From assembly GCF_009914755.1 (NCBI RefSeq), contig NC_060939.1: a stretch of DNA of 64,000 nt; one strand, written 5' to 3'. Position numbers and translations under genes: made by a program. Within the stretch, counting starts at the first letter, position 1. Every line of letters starts with the position of its first letter. This DNA is from the human T2T-CHM13v2.0 reference genome, Homo sapiens. Under the pieces are notes generated by a model, which saw only the letters and a list, made by a program, of their open reading frames with translations, had not been told where the DNA came from and searched no databases. Positions 46,239 to 60,620 of this stretch are shown piece after piece.

Positions 46239-46416
46239 CAGTGATTCTCTGATAGAGTGCAGCTAAGAATCACTTGGGGAGTGCGTTAAGAATACAGGTT
46301 TTTCAGGCTCCCTCCCTTTCCCAGGTCTAGCCCAAGGCCTAGAAATCTGCATTTTGGGGAAGTATTCCAGGTGATCCTGATGTGGGTGATCCCAAGCCGT
46401 AGTTTGAGAAACACTG
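46239..46416. mobile_element. MER5-family element
   Basis: CAGTGATTCTC...AGAATCACTTGGGGAG...AATCTGCATTTT...TTTGAGAAACACTG. Confidence 0.6.
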
Positions 46417-48325
46417 GTCTAGACAACCCCTCCTCCAGGTTACAGATGGGGAAAGTGAAGTCCTGGGGCTGAAATGGCTTACTGGGGATCATATGGAATA
46501 AAGCCCAGAACCCAAGTGCCACCTTCTTTCCATGCCTGTCACCTCCTACACACGGAACCTGCCCAAGGGGCCCTGTGGCCCAGATTCTGCGATTCTTACT
46601 TTGTCAGTTCTCTTATCCTGGCCTGGCCTTCCCCCTCACTGCCACCACTGTAAACTGGATGTGAAGACACGGAACGGGGTTTCTCCACAGGCCAAACACC
46701 TTCCTGCCTCCCTCCATCCTTCCCCCTCCACCTCCTACCACCAAGTAACTCTTCCTAAAACACAGACTTACTCCCTGCCCTGCCCCTCCAGGAGCAGGAC
46801 AAAGTGGGAAAGGCCTGCCCTGACCCTCCACACCTCCCCTGTTTGACCCAGCCTATCTCTCTGACCTTAGAGCCCGTGACTCCGCTATAAACCCTTCTCC
46901 ACATGCTTTCCTCGAACACCACCTTGCTCTTTCTTGCTTCTGCTCAACATCACCTTAGCCAACAGCACCCACTCCCCACTCACCGAATCCTCCTTATCTT
47001 CCAAGGCCCAGGTGAAAGCCCTCCTCCTCCAGGAGGCCTTCCCTGACCATCTAGCCCTAGCACACTCGCCCTCCTTTGAGCACTCAGATCTCTGAAGCAT
47101 TTGTTTATGATGTTATTATTACCTATTATGTTCTGCTTTGAATTGTGAGCTTTAAGTAATTCCCAACTATGGACCACAGCCTACCCTTCTATTACCCACC
47201 CACTTAGCAATGTGCTGTGCACATAATCAGTACATAAGGGATGTTAGCAATAACGGAGCCGTGCAGTGCTGGGGCTGAGGGGACCTTGGCCTGTGGGTAG
47301 CTGGTTGGTCAGTTCAGTGACTTTTCTATGCATCTTGGGCTGGTGAACCTCCAAAGGCTGACCTATGCAAATTGGTGTCAGATCTTTCTCTGGACGGTGC
47401 TTCCACTGTAGTAATCAACTTCCCGCCTGTCCCCGCCCACAGCCATTGCATCCTGTGGCTTTAACTTTGGCCACAACCCTGCTTGCTTAAAATGCCTCCT
47501 GTGCCAGTGAGTCAGTTCCACCCTTCTGCTACCAAAACAATCGATCTTGTGCATCTTCTGTGGCTGTGCCCCAACAAGACATTATCAACATTCCCGCACT
47601 GGCCAGGGGACTCAGGTGTCTGGCCTGCCACATCCATTCCAGCCAATGACCAATTTCTAATTCACTGCAACTCTCCAGCTAAGCTGATTTCCAGCTGCTT
47701 CTCTGGCAGGCCTGCCAGATGGGGCTAACATGCTCTTGGAGACCGTCCCACAGAAAGCCCAGGCAACAAGCACACTGGTGCTCCTCTCGCTTCATTTAAG
47801 ACAAGCATCCCTCTTTCACTAAGCACTGACCAACACCTCTTCATCCATCGCTAGCTTACAATCACGGCAACAAGAAGTTAATTCTAGACATACTGACAGC
47901 TTAAGTTCTGGGACCTCAGCCAAACTTTCAGAGAGGAGCCCTTTCTTCTTTGTTTATAATAGGATATGTGTCCTGCAAGGGAGAAAGGCTCTCTCCTGCC
48001 CAGGACCCTTGCAGTCCGGAGGTGGGGCAAGTTACCTCCAAATCTTGGAGGTTTGGTAGAAATCCTTGCAGGAATCTGAAGCCTGGACACTATGACTCAC
48101 AGTCCTGTGCCTGGAGCAGGCTCGCCTGCTTGGAGAAAGTGCAGTATGCAACCCAAGTTGAAGTGTTCTTAGGAGATGCCTTTGTACTCTCTTTCTACAA
48201 TACAAGAACTGTGCTTCCGACCCTTCAAAATCACCTCCACAGAGCATGAAGTTTCTGTTTTTCTCATTAAATACAACCATTTCTATTTTCTTTTCAACAA
48301 AAAAGTATTTAAAATCTCTACTTAC

Positions 48326-48346
48326 CAAAATAAGTCCACTTGGAAC
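48326..48346 (-). CDS. CA12: CA12 exon 2, 21-nt microexon ((G)SKWTYF-G)
   Basis: Acceptor tgttctttgtag|GTTCCAAGTGGACTTATTTTG|gtaagt donor; encodes the alpha-CA N-terminal W-x-Y motif; phase 1-1. Confidence 0.95.
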
Positions 48347-48373
48347 CTACAAAGAACAAAACACAGTAAGTAA

Positions 48374-48780
<407 letters not shown>

Positions 48781-49150
48781 TGAAACTTTTTCTGAGTCTG
48801 CATCAGAACAGCAGCTTCTCAGGGCAACTGTGCTCCAGTCAGCAGCACAGGCAGTTGGTTCATGCAGAGGCTCATGGAAGCAGGAGGGGGTTCTTGAGCA
48901 GGTGCCTTCCAGACATCTTAGAGAAGCTAAACTTTATTACCTGAATAGGCAATAATTTCATGTGGCTCAAAACCCAAAAGCCATCAAATGGTATATACAG
49001 TAGAAGCTCTTCTTCCCACTCTACCTTCCCTGCTTCCATTAGACAAGGAGGTTAGCTGATGATTGGGAGCCCTTTCATGGCATGGCTACACACACATATG
49101 CATTGATCTCCCTCTTTCTCCTCACACAAACATTGGCATACTGGAAATAG

Positions 49151-49629
<479 letters not shown>

Positions 49630-50703
49630 TGGGAAAAAGTTTCTCTTTGAGGAAGCTGCTACCCACATCTGAGTTAGAATTCCAGGGGTAGTAGGAATGT
49701 GTAGGCAAAGTTCTGCCAGAAAGAGAACAAAAGTCACCCACTACTTCGCACTCCACACTCTTCATGCATAAATGTTCTTCGTTCCTATGTCAAAAAAGGT
49801 CTTTTTCACAAGTGCAGAGCTGTGCTCTTGTGACCCTGCCTGCCGGCCTTCCTCTTCACCTCCGAGGAAGGGACCCTGAGTAGAGAAGCATCCCACTGTG
49901 TGTCTCAGGTGACTCATCCAATGAGGGGACTGTGCAACTCCTAAATCCCTGCCTCCCAACTTTTCCCAGGGTCTCCGTGGTTCTCGACCCACAAGGGTAC
50001 AGATGGAAAAGCGTACCCTTGTGGGGAAGCACCTCACATCCCCTTTCTCTCGTGGGAATTAGTTTGCAGTAAAACTTAAGTGACAAGCAATCTGGTCACT
50101 TATCACTCCTGGCATTTCCTACTTAAGGAAATTGTGTTTTTTAAAAGTTAAAAAGTGAACTTGGCTTTTTTTTTTAAAAAAAGCCGGTTTAATCTCATAT
50201 TTTTTGTTATTCTGTTCCATTTCTTTGCCTCAGTGTTTGTAATTAATTTTGTTTTTAATTTTCCAATGTAATTGGTAATTTTTATCAAATTACACTTGCA
50301 CGTGGTTTAGAAAGTCAGATGGTTCTACAAAGCTGTGTAACAAAAACCTCAGTTCCCTGACATTCCCTAACCATGTACTGCTCCCTAGAGCAACCACTTT
50401 GGATCTTTTTAAAATGATTCTTTTGCTATTATCTCCATATCTCTATATAACATGCTAATATTGTTTTACCTTGATTGTTTTATGTTTAGGCATTATTTAT
50501 TGACATCCCACCCTGGAAGAGAAGAGTTCAGATCTCTTTCTTACACTCATAGCCCATCTCCTCCTTTTGTAGGTGAGGAAATGAAAGTCCACCAAGGTGA
50601 AGTGTCCTGACCAATATCATATTCCCACTGGAAGGAGTCCCACCGCATTTACCATTAATTTAGCATTAGTGCCATGAACTTAGGGAATCTTCAAGTCTCC
50701 TCA

Positions 50704-51128
<425 letters not shown>

Positions 51129-52049
51129 TCAGAAGGTCCACAGACTCCCCTGAAACCAGCTATGGGTGCATTGAGAGTTGAGGGTCCCAAGATCAACCTC
51201 CCTTGAATTAGTAATTAGACATTCAGAACCACGGGGAAACCAAACTTGTATGTGACCCCCAAGTTTACTGCTCACCCCTTTGCTGAAACAACAATGAAAA
51301 AAAATAAAGAAAGCATTGCTTTCAAACCAAGCTATAGAAGACATAAAACCTCTTCTGGACATTTTCTTCAGTCTTTTGTGTGAGAGGTTCATTATTAAGA
51401 TGTAATCCCAGACCTTAGAGATATAATAAGCCAGATCATTACCTCTTAGCAGGCAGAACAGTTGGAGGCCCAGGATGTAAAATTCCACAAATAACAGAGG
51501 AGTTCACCCTTACTTTTCCCCTGAGGAGGCACAGGCCACTCCAGTGATCCTGGAGGCCACTAGAAACACATCTGCTGCCTGAGCACTGCTGCCTTGCCAG
51601 CAGTTTGCATTGTACCTGCTCACATTCAAATCATAGCCTTATACCCTACATCTTCTGCTACCCTCCCAGGGCTCGCTAATCAAGGTTTTCCCTGTTGTTG
51701 GAGTTCTCATCCTCAGATGAGGCCTCAGCATCACACTCTGGAAAGCTCAGGGCTAAAAGTCATAGAGTGGACATCTGGGACTGTGAGGTCGCGGTGGTGA
51801 CATAGGACTGGGGACTTGTTGAAAGGCAGCAGCCTCCAGAGCAACATTCCCTGCCCTCCTCTCTGTGAGTGAGCTGGCTTGGGACTCCAGACTCGGCACT
51901 TTGGGTATAAATGGCAGTGTCTGGAGGGGCTCAGGAGCTGGAGGGCTGGGGAGAAGCGGCGTTGTAAGTGAGGATGGTGAGTCAAGGGGGTTCATCGGGT
52001 GAGGATCAGGGCCCCAGCTCAGCTCTGACCTCAGGAAGTCTCTCTAAAA

Positions 52050-52088
52050 GTGTGTGTATGTGTGCGTGTGTGTGTGTGCACGCGCACG
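52050..52088. repeat. (TG)n microsatellite
   Basis: gtgtgtgtatgtgtgcgtgtgtgtgtgtgcacgcgcacg. Confidence 0.8.
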
Positions 52089-52928
52089 AAAGTGTGCTTT
52101 ATTCAGGAATTGCACCCCCTGGTTCCCCACTTCTAGCTGTAAGAACAGAAGGCTTAAAAGGATTAAACTGATTCCACAAGCGAGGCCAGGCCAAGGCCTC
52201 AGTGGCATCCTGAGGGAGCAGGCCCTTCCTGGAGGGGAATAGTTTCCTTCCCAAGGAAGGTTATCTGTTCCATCTGGGAAACCTGGGAGGCTCAGCCTGA
52301 AACCTGTTAGAACCTGCAGACCCAGCTGGTACTGGGCAGGGAGGTTCCCCTGGAGGGAATGCCCAGAGAAAATGGTATTTACCAAGATCCATATCAGAGG
52401 TCCTGGGCCCTGCCTGCTTCCTGTGCTGGGTGCTAGAACTTTCCCTGAGTAACCATCTCCTGGGTAGCCCAAGACTGCCTGGCTCTCCACACCAGGTTTG
52501 GGCAGGGCAAGCTCTGCAGAATTCACTGAAATGCCCCCCAAAGCCACGGCAACTAAGAATTCCAAGGGTTTCTCCAGAAGACACTTGACTTCACATTATT
52601 ATGCTCCCTCCTGGGCCCCTGACATTGTTCTTGAACATTCTCCAATGCTGGAAGTTTAAATGCACCAGGCAGAGAGCAGATCACACTTTGACCCCATTAC
52701 TCAGCTTAACTCCTCTCCACCTCCAACTTTGGGTTCATGCTGACATTCTACACCTCAGTGATTTTTGCTTTGACCTGTCCTCTAAGGCAGTTAAAAACCC
52801 AAGGAAACTGCATGAGAATTTACAGAATAAAAGCTGTGCTCTACCCAGGGGTAGGCAGTCTCCTTCCTCAGAGTGAGGCGAAAGTGGAGTTTTGACTACA
52901 AACTTCCCCAGTCCCAACTTGGAGAATT

Positions 52929-53049
52929 GGGAGAGGAGATAAGGAGGAGGGAAAGGGAGAGGGAAGAGGAAGAGCAGGGAAAGTAGGGAAGAAAGGAAGG
53001 GGAGGGAGGGAAGAGAACAGGGAAGGGCAGGAAAAGAGAGAGAAGGGAG
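52929..53049 (+). repeat. GA-rich polypurine low-complexity tract
   Basis: ~120 nt almost entirely G/A. Confidence 0.85.
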
Positions 53050-53699
53050 GCAGAGCTGCCCCAGAGTGAGAGGAGCAACCAGCTATAGGAAAGAGGGCCA
53101 ACTAATGGCTGTTTCTCCCTTTGGTCTTGGAGCAACTTAGGACTAAAGAGATTTCCAGGGAAACTTTGGTCTCAGTGCAGCTTTCGTAAAAGGAAACATG
53201 TAAAGTTTGTGGTTTTAAAACTTGATTTTCACTTTTACATCGCTCCTTTCTCCCAACTTCTGTTACATCGCTTCTGTTTCTCCCTGACCAGATGAGGGAG
53301 ATAATATCAAGCACATCATGCCAGCTAGTTGACTGGAATTTAATTAAGAGTTATCCACAGCCTGGCTCCCCTGCCCTTCCCCATGGGCACTGTGACCTCC
53401 AAGAGAGGAGGCTCAGAGCTTTTATGCTGCTGAGCAGGACACATTTCCCACCACCACTGCCTCGCCAGGAAGAATCTAGTTTCAGCCAGTAAAATCACTT
53501 TCGGTCCAAAATCACTTTCTTATTCCAAAAGATTAATGAACCAGCCTTGGCTGTACACGTGTTAGCTCACTGGCCCGGCGTGAGCCCACAGTTCAGGTCC
53601 CCTCTGCCACCTCCTCCTGTCACTCCACGGAGCCTCCATTCAGTCCCTCAGCCTCCAGCCTTTTGGGATTTAGTGTTCTAATTACAATCAGAAATATGC

Positions 53700-53778
53700 T
53701 GTGTGTGTGTGTGTGTGTGTGTGTGGTTTGTGTGCGTGCGCGCGTGCGTGTGTGTGTGTACGTGCACACACACGTACA
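53700..53778. repeat. (TG)n/(CG)n alternating purine-pyrimidine tract
   Basis: gtgtgt...gcgtgcgcgcgtgcgtgtgtgtgtgtacgtgcacacacacgtaca. Confidence 0.9.
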
Positions 53779-54229
53779 TTCAGCATAGTAGAGCCCTCCT
53801 GGAGAAAAACAATGATTAAGAATGGGATGCATCATCCCTTTGACTTGTAGGTAAGACTTAATGGTAAAGATCCTCTCCTCCAAAGAAAAGCGCCTACCAC
53901 TGTCTGCGGGTTCTGCACAGGGGCACAGCAAACCTTTCTCTGTGCTTACCCCAATCAGAATGCCACAGTCATGTCTCTACTTTCTAAACGTGGATCAGGG
54001 GAACGCTGTTTTAAATCTTGGCTTTGCATCTCCTCCCTGGTTAGCAAGTTCCCAAGCCACATCTTCAGAGCTGGCGGTGCCCGGGAGTACACGCAAACAT
54101 TTTAACACCAAATCTGCGCCAAGCGCCACTAGAAAGCAACGTGCTTCCCGACCCAACCTCAGCAAAGGAAAACGGAGCATCCTTTCTTGAGAATCTACTA
54201 TTTGGTACTACACCTTCCCTGCTCCCCGC

Positions 54230-54800
54230 AGCAATGATTTTACTTTATCATTGAAGAGCCTTCAGCCCAGGGGCGGCTGAGCGCTCAGGAGTGTTAGGAA
54301 AGAAGCAGGCGGAAACTTTACCGTTCACTGGGGCCGGGCTGGAAGGCTGTTCCTTTAAGATCACCAGCAGGAGCACGGCCGCCGCGTGCAGGCTGCGCCG
54401 GGGCATCTTCGCGGGCTCCTGCGGGGCGGGCGCGGGCTGTGCCGGGGGCTCCCGGTGGCCGCTCGCTCTCCAGCTGCACACCGGGACCGCGTGCGCGCAG
54501 CCTGGGTGCCGTGGCGAGTACGTCCGCCCTTCGCTCTCCTGGCTTCCCCGGGCAGCTTTTATGGAGCAACTCAACGCCAAACACTTGATGTCATCGTGCG
54601 GGGAGGGGGTGGGGGAGGAGAACGCCCTGCCCACCGGAGGGCTGGCGCCCCAGATCCTAGGTGAGTTGTAGCCTTGACTTCAGCAGCACTCTGCGGGTCC
54701 CCGGCGCTCCTCTGGGCCAGGGCTGACCCAGGAACACAGTTCTCCGAGGAGCTGCTGGCAGGCGTGGGTGAGATCCGCCTGCCTCACATCCAGAAGGGTG
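54230..54800 (-). promoter_or_regulatory. CA12: CA12 CpG-island promoter and 5'UTR
   Basis: CpG-dense, GC-rich. Minus-strand CATAAAA TATA-like box at 54557-54563, CRE-like TGACATCA at 54586-54593, G-rich Sp/KLF box at ~54600-54618. No upstream ATG between 54407 and ~54530. Confidence 0.85.
54322..54406 (-). CDS. CA12: CA12 exon 1 coding part (signal peptide, [29 protein letters not shown])
   Basis: ATG at 54406 in GCGAAGATGC (A at -3); hydrophobic signal peptide; donor AACG|gtaaag; 85 nt, phase 1. Confidence 0.97.
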
Positions 54801-54931
54801 CGTCTAGGGATTCCTTCAGTGGCATGCCCTTGGTCTGTCACTGGTCCTGTAACAGCCCAACGAGTTCACCTTGCCCGCTGCTTAGACAGAGCCCATTTAT
54901 CAAGACAGGGGAGTTGCAATGGAGAAAGTAA

Positions 54932-55703
<772 letters not shown>

Positions 55704-56680
55704 CTCTGGGAGTTTTTAAAGATAATTTGGCAGATAGGGGCTTGGGACTTGGGGAGTGCTGATTGGTCAGGTTGCAGATGGGATCACAGGGGGGTTGAAG
55801 TAACGTTTTCTTGCAGTCTTCTGTTCCTGGGTGGGATCGCAGAACTGGTTGAGCCAGATCACACACGGTCTGAGTGGTGTCAGCTGATCCATCCAGTGCA
55901 GGGTCTGCAAAATAGGATGTTAGATTTTACAATAGCGATGTTATCCCCAGCAGCAACTTGGGAAGGTTCAGACTCTTGCAGCCTGACGCCGCAGGACCCC
56001 TAAACCATAATTTCTAATGTTGTAACTAATAGATTAATCGTACAAAGGCAGACTGGCACCCAGGCAAGAAGGGGGTCTTTTCGGGAAAGGGCTATTATTG
56101 ATTTTGTTTCTGAGTCAAACCATAAACTGAATTCCTTTCTAAGGTTAGTTTGGCCTATGCCCAGGAATGAATAAGGACAGCATGAAAGTTAGAAGAAAGA
56201 CTGAGTCATTTAGGTCTGATCTTTGTCACTGCCATAATTTCCTCAGTTATAATTTTTGCAAAGGCTGTTTCAGCCCTACTCAGAATCCCCCAAGTATAGT
56301 GCCATTTGGGCAAAAGCCTCCTTCATGCTTTTTTTTTTTTCTTCAGGTGCCTGCCTGGACTTAGCACAGGTTAAGGAACTGGACAAGATAGTTACATTCA
56401 CATGAGTTTCTGCCAATTGTTCAGTGCATCCTGATTAAGTTCTTACCTTCCAAGTTGAGATGCAAAGAGATGAACTGAGGAGAACAGCACAGTGGGGTAC
56501 ACATGAAGAGCTTATTACAATTCCCCTTAGTAACGGGTAAGTAGATGGGACTCATGCTGGTTCAATACATCATTCCGTCCTCACTAGGAAGCTGGGAGAG
56601 AGGGTCCCTCTTTTGGGGTGGCAGCAGAAGAAAGGGACTTACATTATTTACTGAGCACCCGTTGTGTGTCAGGCACTTTT

Positions 56681-57274
56681 TTGGGGGGCTTAGAACATGA
56701 TACCCCAAAGTATGGCACCTTGGCATGCTGAGTACTTTGAACTGAAGGAAACTGAAAAGGCCTCAGAAACAAGGTCTCTCTGACCTTCTCCCATCCTCCT
56801 GTCTCCTGCCCCTTCTTCTCCCGCTAAGTGAATCATAGAAACCAGAATCCCTCTTCCCCAGGCAGGTCATAGAAAGTAGAGCCCCTCTCCTCCACAGCAA
56901 GCCATAAAATCTAGAAACGTCACTCTCTCCCCTCTCCCTTCTCCTTTAAAGACCCTCATTCGAGAGGGGTCCTGCCCCATACCCAGGAGAAAGCAATGCT
57001 ACACAGAGAGGTCAAGAAGAATTGGAACGGACAGGCCTTGCTGGGTTCCCCTCAGACTATCACTATGAGATCACACCCTTCTCTCCAATCACATTTCTAT
57101 ACGGCCATCCATGTTCTTCATCAAACCTAAGCAGAAACACCGTTCTCCCTGAGTCTTTGGGTCTTCATTTCTGAAGTCTCTTGTGTCACTTGTTGGCCTG
57201 TCTTTTGTTATTTGAGTGTCAACTGTGACCTTTATGATGGGGGAGGAAAGGGATCACACCTTTCTGTCCCTACA
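56681..57274 (+). mobile_element. ERV1-class LTR (MER31-like)
   Basis: ...GGGGCTTAGAACATGATACCCCAAAGTATGGCACCTTGGCATGCTGAGTACTTTGAAC...CCCTACA; family name tentative. Confidence 0.6.
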
Positions 57275-59727
57275 GGCTGTGCTAGACCTACAGGCTGTGC
57301 TAGAGAAACAGGAGTGTTTCTCTAGTCTTGTTAACCTGCTGCCCCAATACCCCCTAAATCTTCCCACTGCTGTTGCCACCACTGTAGTCATTTGTGCTTC
57401 TGGCTTCCCTGGGCCCTCCGTGTGTCTCTGCACAGCTGCAGGGGCCAGGCTCGGTTTCCTCCCCGCTCTATGATCCTACTCACTGCTGCCTATGCACACT
57501 GCTCAGGTCACATGGGCTGCGGAAGGGTGTCCACCCCAGTTCTGGTACAGGACCCCTGGGTTTGTGACCTGGCCTGTCATGCCCTCTTCTCTTGGCCACA
57601 GCAGCCAGACAAGCCCTCTCTGATCTCACATCTGTGCTGACCCTCAGCCTGTGCACACTCTCAGGCCAGCCTTAGTGACCAATGAAGCCACTTGTCCGTG
57701 GTGGGTTTGAAGGGATGGAGTAACTTCTCCTCCAAGAGCCACCAAAAAGCAGATGCCACCCACATTTCAAGGGGTGTTACTGCTCTGTCCCTACCAGCTC
57801 AGCTACTGTGTGGGTTAATAAAGGGCTTTGAAGTCTCCTTAAGGAAGTTGTTACAAAGACAATCTTGTTACAAGCACTTCCAGACCACAGTAGGCTTAGG
57901 GATCATCTTTTCTGCCTGATAGAGGGCCTCGAGTGAGCTCTGGAGTGGTGCAGGAGTGTTTCTCTAGTTCAGATTTGTCATCGAGGGCAGTCTGTCTGTT
58001 TAGAAGATTAAATGGACTAGAGGAACACAGAGCTTGGGGAGAAACCACTGCAGGCTCAAAGACGCAGAGACTGAATCTGTGGAGGTGAAATCACTTGTTG
58101 CGCATGTCACAACCAGTTAAAGGTAAACTGGGCCATGCACACATATTTTGGTATTCCCACTCCAGGTGTTCACCCATCATGTCTGTCTAAACATTAAGTT
58201 CATTGTCTCCTGGAACATGCACCTCTAAGTATTCTCCAGAGATCCCCAGAGATGGAGAGGTTAAAATGGCAGAAACAGGTGGACTTCATAGACCAGTAAG
58301 GCTAGATTGTGAACTGGGTTTCATAGACAGAATGAACAGGGCTGAGATGTTTACTGCATGGCTGTGTCAGAAACTTGGTTAATTAGTAAATAATGGATAG
58401 CAATTAAAAGGGAATTGAGCATGTAAACTGAGACCCAGAATTATTGTTATTATTATGAATGGAATGACCACAGGTATTCAAGTTGAATGTCAAGGATCCC
58501 CCCCTGACAAACAGCACAGACCCAACCAGCTTAAGTTCCCAACTCTGGGAATCCTTTGTCTGCTTCCTCAGGCTTGTGCAGATGAACATGCAAGGGCTTG
58601 CTGTGCCATCATCAGCTGGGGCTGTTGTCAGCCAATAAATAACCCATTGCTCAATGAGTTAGGGTAGAAAGTAGACCTTCTGCACTCAAAATGTGGCAAT
58701 TGGCCACCAAATGACATGCCTAGACAGGGAATGGTACCCCCTAGGATGTTACCATCTGAATAGACACAAGGGTGAGGCTGGTGAGTCAAGGGGCAGAGAA
58801 GCAGGAATGAACAAGGATTTGGTGTTAGGAAGTCTGGGTTGGCTGAAGTGCCTGCCCCACCACTTCCTCAATGGCTGACCTTGACCGTGATGCAAGCTTT
58901 CATCTTCTGTAAAGTGAAGGTGTAATGCATACCCCTGAGTCATCATAGAATTGATATATGGCTGGAAGGTGATAAGGCCAGTGGACATTTTCTTCATTCA
59001 TTCATTCATTCATCTTCTATGTGCCAGGCACTATGCTAGGCTCTTGGAGAGTGCACAAACATAAAACAAATAATCTCATGAATAACTATATAATTACAAC
59101 TCTAATGAGTGCAATAGAAGGTTGAGATATGACTGAGAGGGGCCCACTCTGTCCTGGGGTGGTGAGGAAGACATCATCAGTATAAGGATTATGTTTTGTG
59201 ACTTCATAAAACCTTTGAAATGCACAGCACATACCAGGCTCTTCTTTCCCAAACCTAGTGCCATTTGGTGGCATTTGCCCTGACATAGCTAGTTGTTAGC
59301 CTTTCAGGCATAAAGGTTAGAGTATAGAGAATTTTGTTTCTTAAGGTGATAATTTTATTTCTTAAGATAAGAATGAACTCTTCAAATGGTGTCACTCAAT
59401 TGGGAATGCACCTTTATATGGAGCTAAAGAAAGGACTGCTGGGAGGAAAATAGACATTTAGTGAGCACCTACTGTTTGCCTGCCACTGTGCTTGACACTT
59501 TATTCTTACAACAACATGCAGGGATAGTGTTAGGTTTGCCATTTTATAGATGAGGAATCTGAGGCTTGGAGAAGTTGAATCTTTTCTAGTTCATGAGGAA
59601 CCCAGATGATTTTGTCTCCAAGGCCCAGGCAGGCTCTTTTCATGGCTGTCCTACAGATACCTCAGATGGAGATGTTTTCTTACTGGGTGCCTCTAAGAGG
59701 AGGATTCTCCAGTTTTCCTTCTTTTCT

Positions 59728-60032
59728 TTTTTTTTTTTTTTTTTTTTTTTTTTTGGACAGTCTTCTCTGTCGCCCAGGCTGCAGTGCAGTGGTGTGATCT
59801 CTGCTCACTGCAACCTCCGCCTCCCAGGTTGAAGTGATTCTCCTACCTCAGCCTCCTGAGTAGCTGGGACTACAGGCGTGTGCCACCACACCTGACTAAT
59901 TTTTGTATTTTTGGTAGAGATGGGGTTTTACTATGTTGGCCAGGCTGGTCTTGAACTCCTGGCCTGAAGTGATCTGCCTACCTCAGCCTCTGAAAGTGCT
60001 GGGATTACAAGCATGAGCCACCATGCCTGGCC
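59728..60032 (-). mobile_element. Alu
   Basis: TSD ttctcca(g/a)ttttc. Confidence 0.95.
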
Positions 60033-60605
60033 TACGGTTCTCCAATTTTCTAGATGCTGTGATCGTTTGTTTGTTGATCAGAGGCACGTGTACCGATTGT
60101 AGCAATCAAATAATGCTCAGCATGGGATATGGCTGTGTCTGAGGGACCAAGGGACCCTGTATCATACTCTGTGATCAGTGGATAGAACATTTGCCAAAAG
60201 AAGAGCTCAGAGCTTTGAATCGACGTAGGTCTCAAGCAAAGGAAGGAGAATGTGAGCCATACCAAATAGCTCTTCTGTTACATTAACGAGGTTTGCTTTG
60301 ACTTAGGAAGGCCAGACAAGACAGAGGCAGAGAGGGAAGGGGGAGGAAGGGAGAAGAGGGAGGAAGGAGGGAAGAAGGAAGGAAAAGTCCACATTGTATC
60401 CTTTGACTGGGCAGTGGCTGAGGGAACCTCTAGGCCAAGACTCACATAGACCCATTGATCTGGGTACCAATGTCTGTGTTTTAAAATATAGCCAGTTTTG
60501 TAGTTTTATTCACATCTGCGTCTTCCCTTTCACGGTGATGGCTTGGAGGCGTAACCCCTGTGTGAACCCTCGCTGCCCTGCTCAGTTTCAGGCGGGATCA
60601 GTTGG

Positions 60606-60620
60606 AGGACAGTGTGACCT
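60606..60620. promoter_or_regulatory. Estrogen response element, candidate core of the CA12 distal (~-6 kb) ER enhancer
   Basis: AGGACAgtgTGACCT is 1 mismatch from AGGTCAnnnTGACCT and lies ~6.1 kb upstream of the TSS. This matches the recalled report of a distal ER-bound CA12 enhancer. Confidence 0.75.

Noticed and set aside
54407-54634. In-frame N-terminal extension of CA12 in ORF 54248..54634
   Set aside because: It begins at a non-ATG codon upstream of the TATA-like box and inferred TSS. Stop-poor frames are expected in a CpG island, and an extension would bury the signal peptide.
58876-58884. TGACCTTGA (ERR/SF-1 monomer site; another at 31345-31353)
   Set aside because: A short motif that is common in MIR-type repeats, with no supporting context.
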